From NCBI GenBank assembly GCA_964016885.1, contig OZ024748.1, forward strand, positions 6,448,001-6,512,000: 64,000 bases of DNA, given 5' to 3'. A program made the translations under genes and the position numbers. Numbering within the stretch: position 1 is the first letter of the stretch; every line of letters begins with the position of its first letter. Positions 56,541 through 64,000 of the stretch are shown here, piece after piece. Origin of the DNA: Eledone cirrhosa. Taxonomy: Eukaryota. The notes under the pieces are model-generated. The model saw only the letters and a list, made by a program, of their open reading frames with translations. It was not told where the DNA came from and searched no databases.

Positions 56541-56846
56541 AGAAAACGAAAAATCAGTGATGCATCTGGACTTAGTTTATTTCGTGTTACAAATGTTTCG
56601 CCATCATGTAGCTCGAGACATGGTCCTTGTATGGATCTGGCTGATTCTACTTCTGCGGGTTCTTTCAGACACGGTTGTTTCGTCCGGAGCAAATTTTATC
56701 ACGGACGAAACACCCGTGTCTAAAAGTACCCGCAGAAGTAAAATCAGCCAGATCCATACAAGGACCATGACTCGAGCTACATGCCGGCGAAACACGAAAT
56801 AAACTAAGTCCAGATGTATCACTGATTTTTCGTTTTCTTTATAATA
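56533..56846. mobile_element. ~310-bp palindrome centred on a hammerhead-like stem II
   Basis: Arms of ~150 bp. Centre GTCCG...CGGAC, followed by GAAA-CAC CC GTG-TC (56707-56720). Abuts (TA)n. Confidence 0.7.
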
Positions 56847-57165
56847 TCTACACTCTACTCTGATGAATATCGAGTGCTAAATTTGGCATATCGCCTATGG
56901 ATATTTTACGCTTCTGCGGGATATTTTACGCTTCTTAAGGCCCTAATTTTACAGAAAACAACTAAATGGTAAGAACACCACACAAAAGCATATGTATATG
57001 TGTGTACACACACAATATAATATATTATAATTTCTACTTTTGGCACAAGGCCAGCAATTAACCAGTACATTACTGGTACTTTATTTTATCGACTCCGTAA
57101 GGATGAAAGGCAAAAGTTGACCTCGGCGGGATTTATAATATAATATAATATAATATAATAATAAT

Positions 57166-57248
<83 letters not shown>

Positions 57249-57249
57249 T

Positions 57250-57774
57250 AAATAGAGGTGTGACACACGAGTTGTGATATATTAGTAAAAAGGAAAAGAA
57301 AATGCTGACAAATTTTTCCCAGTGAAAAATAGTTTAATTAGGAATAAGTATAAATTAGTAATAAGTATTGGTTAGTATTCAGTTTTAGTTTTAAGTTTTT
57401 ACCGCTTGCGCATTTCTAATGCTTTTCAAAAATAATTTTGAGATAGAGCGCTCGTGATGTTTGCTCTAATCTGATCAGTTTTGGAAATTCTTCCTGTTTC
57501 ATGTGAAAAAAGTGGCTCCAGGCGTATTAAGATTTGGTTGGTTGTTGAATGTCACGTGAATAAGTACTATAAATCTCGCGCCAATTCGTGTTACAAAAAT
57601 TCTTGTTGTCAAAACAATTTTGATTGGTCGGTAGAGGTCACGTGAATGTTAAAAATTGATTTTATCGCGAACTGGTTTGGCGCCAAATGTAGGTTTGTCG
57701 AAGAGTTTCCTTTTTCGCTTGATTGAGTTGCAGTCATGTTGAGAAGTCACTGAAAAACATGTCTATTAAGACAA

Positions 57775-57808
<34 letters not shown>

Positions 57809-57992
57809 TAAAGAGGTTCATTGTTGTGATAATGGTCAGTAGTCATGTGTGTGTGAGTTGCAGTCATGTTGAAAGATCAAAACTTAAAACTAAAACTGAA
57901 TACTAACGAATACTTATTACTAATTTATAATTATTCCTAATGAAACTATTTTTCACTGGGAAAAATTTGTCAGCATTTTCTTTTCCTTTTTA

Positions 57993-57999
<7 letters not shown>
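57250..57999 (-). mobile_element. Element with ~120-bp inverted repeat (57279-57400 / 57878-57999) enclosing a promoter-like core
   Basis: attagtaaaaaggaaaagaaaatgctgac...ttaagtttt is mirrored at the right end. Both ends abut (TA)n. Confidence 0.6.
57535..57690. promoter_or_regulatory. Promoter-like motif cluster (CCAAT, E-box, E2F-like sites) inside a repeat element
   Basis: GTCACGTGA at 57551 and 57637, each 9 nt after (A/G)TTGG; TCTCGCGCCAAT at 57574; palindromic TTTGGCGCCAAA at 57676. CpG-rich relative to surroundings. Confidence 0.4.
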
Positions 58000-58068
<69 letters not shown>

Positions 58069-58343
58069 AATATATATATATATATGTGTGTGTGTGTTTA
58101 TGTATATATATGTATATATATATATAAGGAAAAGGAATGATCAAGATCTACAAAACCAAATTATAAAATTATGATATTATAAAGTTAAATAAAATTTCAT
58201 TAGAACTACAAGGGAAGTCATTCTTTTCCTTTTTTTTAAAATACACCTAACTGTACCAAGGCTTTCACACATCTTCCAATCTATCTATCTATCTATCTAT
58301 CTATATATATATATATATATTATATATATATATATTATATATA

Positions 58344-58398
<55 letters not shown>

Positions 58399-58480
58399 AC
58401 CCTATTCCTACTATATCAAGCTTGAACCTAATATATTCCTTGCATATACGGTACCGACTGTATTGTTATTTCTGTTTACC

Positions 58481-58543
<63 letters not shown>

Positions 58544-58932
58544 CAGATTTATATAATGTCCTTTATTGTCAGAGAATATCACTGCAAACACCCCTCCTAA
58601 AAATAGGAAAAAGAAAATGGTGGTACTGTGGTGATCATTGATTCACTAAGGAGTTAGGACACTAAATCCCTGCAAATAACGAAAGTGGAAGAAAAGTAAA
58701 AGGAATTATAAAGCTGACTTTGGAAGTGGAGCGAAATGAAACCGATTGAAGAATCCATAAACGGCCATCTTAAACCATTTCTTGTAAGGGAACTTGATTA
58801 AATATGAAGGTGGATCACATGAGATAGCTTAGCTAAGGTAGCCAACAGTAAAATGAGGAAAACGACACTATAATTACAGTACTTTGGGGCAGAATTGTTT
58901 TACTTAATCATGGTCACACACATACACACACA

Positions 58933-59028
<96 letters not shown>

Positions 59029-59210
59029 TACACACACACATACACACATATACCTACATACACACAGACACACACCCACACACACACATACACACACACA
59101 CACACACACATACACACATAAACACATACACACATACACACAGAGTAATTCCAATGGCAACGTTTCAGTTCAATTTCCCATGCATACACACACGTATCAT
59201 CTACGCGAAG

Positions 59211-59256
<46 letters not shown>

Positions 59257-60139
59257 GCACACACATACATATATACACACACAAAGACATACACACACAT
59301 GTATATACAAACGTAGACGTATATATATCATCCACAATACATATAGACACACATCCCTGCCCAGAACACCATAAGTGCTGGTATTAACAATTTATACGGT
59401 GAAATAGGTAAAACGCAATTTGTGAGAACCACCAAACTGTTATAATGTTGTACTGCGTGGGTTGGTTGGTTGGTTGGTTGACTGGCTCGCTGGTGATTGG
59501 TTGACTGGCTCGTTTGCTGATTGGTTGATTATTTAGCTGGTTAGATAATTGGTCCTTTTTAAAAAAACATTATTTTCGGACGTCATGCTTTGACGCATAG
59601 AGTTACGGCCCTTTCTATTCTGAGTTCAAATCCCGCCGAGGTCAACTTTGATGCCTTTCATCCTTACGGGGTCGATAAAATACGATAAAATAAAGTACCA
59701 GTAATGTACTGGGTATTTGCTGGCCGTGTGTGCCAAAAGTAGAAACAATTATTATTATTGTTGCCCGACGCTCTACCGACGCTACCAATAATAACCACAA
59801 TAACAACACCAACCCCAACAAAATCCACTACAACATCATAATAGATATCTTTGTAAGCCCCAGACGATTGTTAGATAAATGTGTAACTAACAATTATGAA
59901 TAGCTTTTTAAATAGTTTCAGTTAGTGTCAAGCCGTGACATCTAGAGGGAAACAATATATATGATATCACCTTCAATGATAACAACAATACTCCATTAAA
60001 ATATATATATATTTAAATATTATAAAAAATACGTGAACGGATACATAATTGATTGTATTTAATTTTGTAAATAAATTGATTTCACATAATATTGGACAGT
60101 GCATCTCTTACTCTCTCTCTCTTACTTACTCTCTCTCTC

Positions 60140-60220
<81 letters not shown>

Positions 60221-60306
60221 GACACACACTATCTCTCTCCCTTTCTCTCTCAAGAAAATGCAATAACAGAAAGTTGTATTAGTTTCACGCTTAGAGGAAG
60301 AAGATT

Positions 60307-60692
<386 letters not shown>

Positions 60693-60703
60693 AGCGGACC
60701 AGT

Positions 60704-60741
60704 CCGAGCTGAGGATCCTAAGGTGAAACGATTGTTCTCGG
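60704..60741 (+). ncRNA. Minimal type I hammerhead ribozyme motif, family E (intact core)
   Basis: CCGAG-CTGAGGA-T CC TAA GG T-GAAA-CGATTG-TT^CTCGG. Perfect 5-bp stem I and near-palindromic stem III. Its tail (ctaactgttgtgttaccactt) recurs as a hairpin at 28383-28429. Confidence 0.75.
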
Positions 60742-60810
60742 TATGGTGAACTAACTGTTGTGTTACCACTTATGTATATATACTATATATATATATATAT
60801 ATATATATAA

Positions 60811-60899
<89 letters not shown>

Positions 60900-61010
60900 A
60901 AAATGTTTGGTCCCGACGGCAGAGCTCAAGCCGTTTCTACTACCCTAAGTATTGAGTACTCTGGTGCGTTATCGTCCATCTGGTTCCTTACCACACCTCC
61001 TTCGTTATAT

Positions 61011-61069
<59 letters not shown>

Positions 61070-61128
61070 CATATATACATATATACACAATATATATACA
61101 CACTATATATGTATATATGTATATGTGA

Positions 61129-61175
<47 letters not shown>

Positions 61176-61725
61176 TATTCAGAGAAAGAGGGATAGATAG
61201 ATAGAGGTGTATAGGGGAATAGAGAGATATACATTCATAGTTTTTATCATTGTCAATTGTATATTTAAATAACAAAATTAAGTGGAAAAAAAATCATCAT
61301 AATAAAAATGATAATAATAATAACAATAACAATATTATCAATAACGATAATATCAATAATGATAAAAACAATAACTCATCTAATTAAAATAAATTAGATT
61401 TTCTCCTAGAGTTCTGTATATATGTATTTATATGGTTTTTATATCTTCTGATGGTATTAGAAAGCCATGCCTCTTTTTCCGTAATTTAGACTACCGAAGA
61501 CGTTATCTTCTGATTGTAAGAGCTGATAGAAGCTAATGAGTTGAACTTAAACTAGCAAGGTTTAGTTAATGTGGTCCCTTAAGTACCAGAACCACCGCCA
61601 CCACTATCACCACCACCACCACCACCGCCGTCAAAACGAAAACCCTCCACATTCTCTTTATTGGTTTAGAGAACACTGATAGGAGAAGAGCTGGGGCCAT
61701 AACAGAACAATAGTTATATATGCGC

Positions 61726-61848
<123 letters not shown>

Positions 61849-61990
61849 TATATGTACGAGTGTGTGTGCGTGTGTGTGTATATATGAATATATATGTATG
61901 TAATGAGAGAATTTTATATACACATGTGTTTGTATATATGCATATATATACATTTGTTTATGCATATAAAAATTTACACACACACACATG

Positions 61991-62025
<35 letters not shown>

Positions 62026-62363
62026 ATGTGTGTGTGTGTGTGTGTGTGTCTGTGTGTGTGCATATATCTGTTGGGGAAGGGGACCAATTAAATTGGTAAA
62101 GTGAAAAGGGACGTTGTAGAGATGAAGAAATAAATGAAATAAAATAATAATTATTATTGGTAGATAAATATATAGATAAATGGTTTTATGTTGTTTTAAT
62201 AGGTAAGGTCTTTATGGTGGAGAGAGAGGGAGAGAGAGAGTGAGAGAGAGAGTGAGAGAGAGGGTGAGAGAGAGAGAGAGCGATATGGTGAGGTGGTGAG
62301 AAGGGAAAAATATGAGAAAAAGGTGTATGGCTTGATACAGATGGTCAAAAAGTTATATATATA

Positions 62364-62670
62364 TCATCATCATCATCATCATCATCAACGTTTAACGTCC
62401 GTGTTCCACGCTTGCATGGGTTTGGACAGGGGTAGTCCCACTTGAGGCAAGAGTGATTGTCTTGCTCGCATAGGACTGTCTGGCAGGTTTTCTACAGTTG
62501 GATGCCCTTCCTAACACCAACCACATTTACAGTGTGGGTCTGGGAGGTTTTTACCGTGTTGCCTACACGGCCACATTACAGCGTGGACTGTGTGTTTTTT
62601 TGTCGTGACACCTACACGATCTCATTTGTTTCGGCCTGGATGGCGCGGCACCAACATAACTTTACATAGA
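62364..62670 (-). mobile_element. Second copy of the V-SINE-like element
   Basis: Alignable along its length with 52046-52350. Confidence 0.6.
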
Positions 62671-62967
62671 ACGGGGTGGTGTGGGTGGGGTGGGGGTGGG
62701 GGTGGTGTGGGTGGGGTGGGGGGTGGGGGGTGTAATATATATATATATATATATCATTTTTTATCATTTATTTTGTTTGACCTGTTTAGCTTGATTTGTT
62801 TTTTGGCTTCGGTGGTTAATGCCTTCTTAACCACCTTTTCAGTCTGTATGGCGTTTTAACATATTGTTTAGCTCTAGTTTTCTTAACTATTGGAGCGCTT
62901 GCCACCATTTCTACGATTTTGCGTTTCGTTTCGCTTTTTCTACCAGCCGAAATACGATTCTCGCTGA

Positions 62968-63028
<61 letters not shown>

Positions 63029-63246
63029 TGGGTACGTGTGTTTCTGTGTATGTGCGTATATATATATATATGGGGAGAGAGAGAAATAGATAGATATATA
63101 AGTAAATAGGTAGCTAGGTAGATACATTGATAAAATGCTGGATAGACAGATAGATAGATAGATTCATAGATAGAGGGGGCAAGAGTTAGTTTAGATACGT
63201 AAACAGATAGACATATGAATTGACAGAGAAATAGAAAGACAGATAG

Positions 63247-63283
<37 letters not shown>

Positions 63284-63457
63284 TATATTTTAACTTTAAT
63301 TATATCTCATAAAATAATACAACTGGCTTTTCCACATAATACATATTGTTAGCACCCCAAACACTTAAATTGGGTTTATATTAAAATATAACCTAATGTT
63401 TGTTGAGTGAGATGGTTACCAGTCAGAGATTAGCTTTAAACTATCTCTGTTATTGTA

Positions 63458-63552
<95 letters not shown>

Positions 63553-63771
63553 TAGATAGATAGATAGATAGATATATAGATAGATAGATAGATAGATAGA
63601 TAGACTGTAAGAAGATACACAAGAGATTGGCCGGCATATTAGAGTGTGGCTACATGAATTAGTGAAGATATAATTGTTCCATATTCTGTACAGTTCCTTA
63701 AATATTGTCTTTTGACTAACATGTCTAGGATAGATTTATATTGACACATGCATCCTTTTACACACACGCAC

Positions 63772-63831
<60 letters not shown>

Positions 63832-63841
63832 GTATATATAC

Positions 63842-63956
<115 letters not shown>

Positions 63957-64000
63957 CAAATTATACTCACACGCACATGTATATAAAGAAAACAAAATGC

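Overview
Eukaryotic, extremely AT- and microsatellite-rich DNA whose repeat content looks like an octopod cephalopod genome (inference from repeat style and the Hox sequence). The only host coding sequence I can support is the terminal homeobox exon of the lophotrochozoan central Hox gene Lox4 (minus strand, 21121..20778, preceded by a clean tttcag acceptor). I did not find its YPWM exon by eye, so the ~43 kb upstream is probably intron. Most other long ORFs in the track are translations of simple repeats; a few overlap transposon remnants. The rest is repeats: about 25 copies of a tRNA-derived SINE, a second SINE, RTE-type LINE 3' ends, piggyBac/hAT/Tc1-type MITEs, Chapaev3-like and mariner transposase remnants, a Penelope-like ORF remnant, and minisatellites. 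The most notable signal is in the short 'unique' islands between (TA)n tracts. These repeatedly contain type I hammerhead ribozyme motifs (stem I-CTGANGA-stem II-GAAA-stem III-TH-stem I') from several distinct sequence families; I count more than a dozen near-complete or degenerate cores plus several half-motifs. Many sit inside foldback palindromes, some centred on ribozyme stem II, and several share a downstream ACTCT...GTATTGAGTAC motif. All coordinates and structures were read by eye; nothing was computed or searched.
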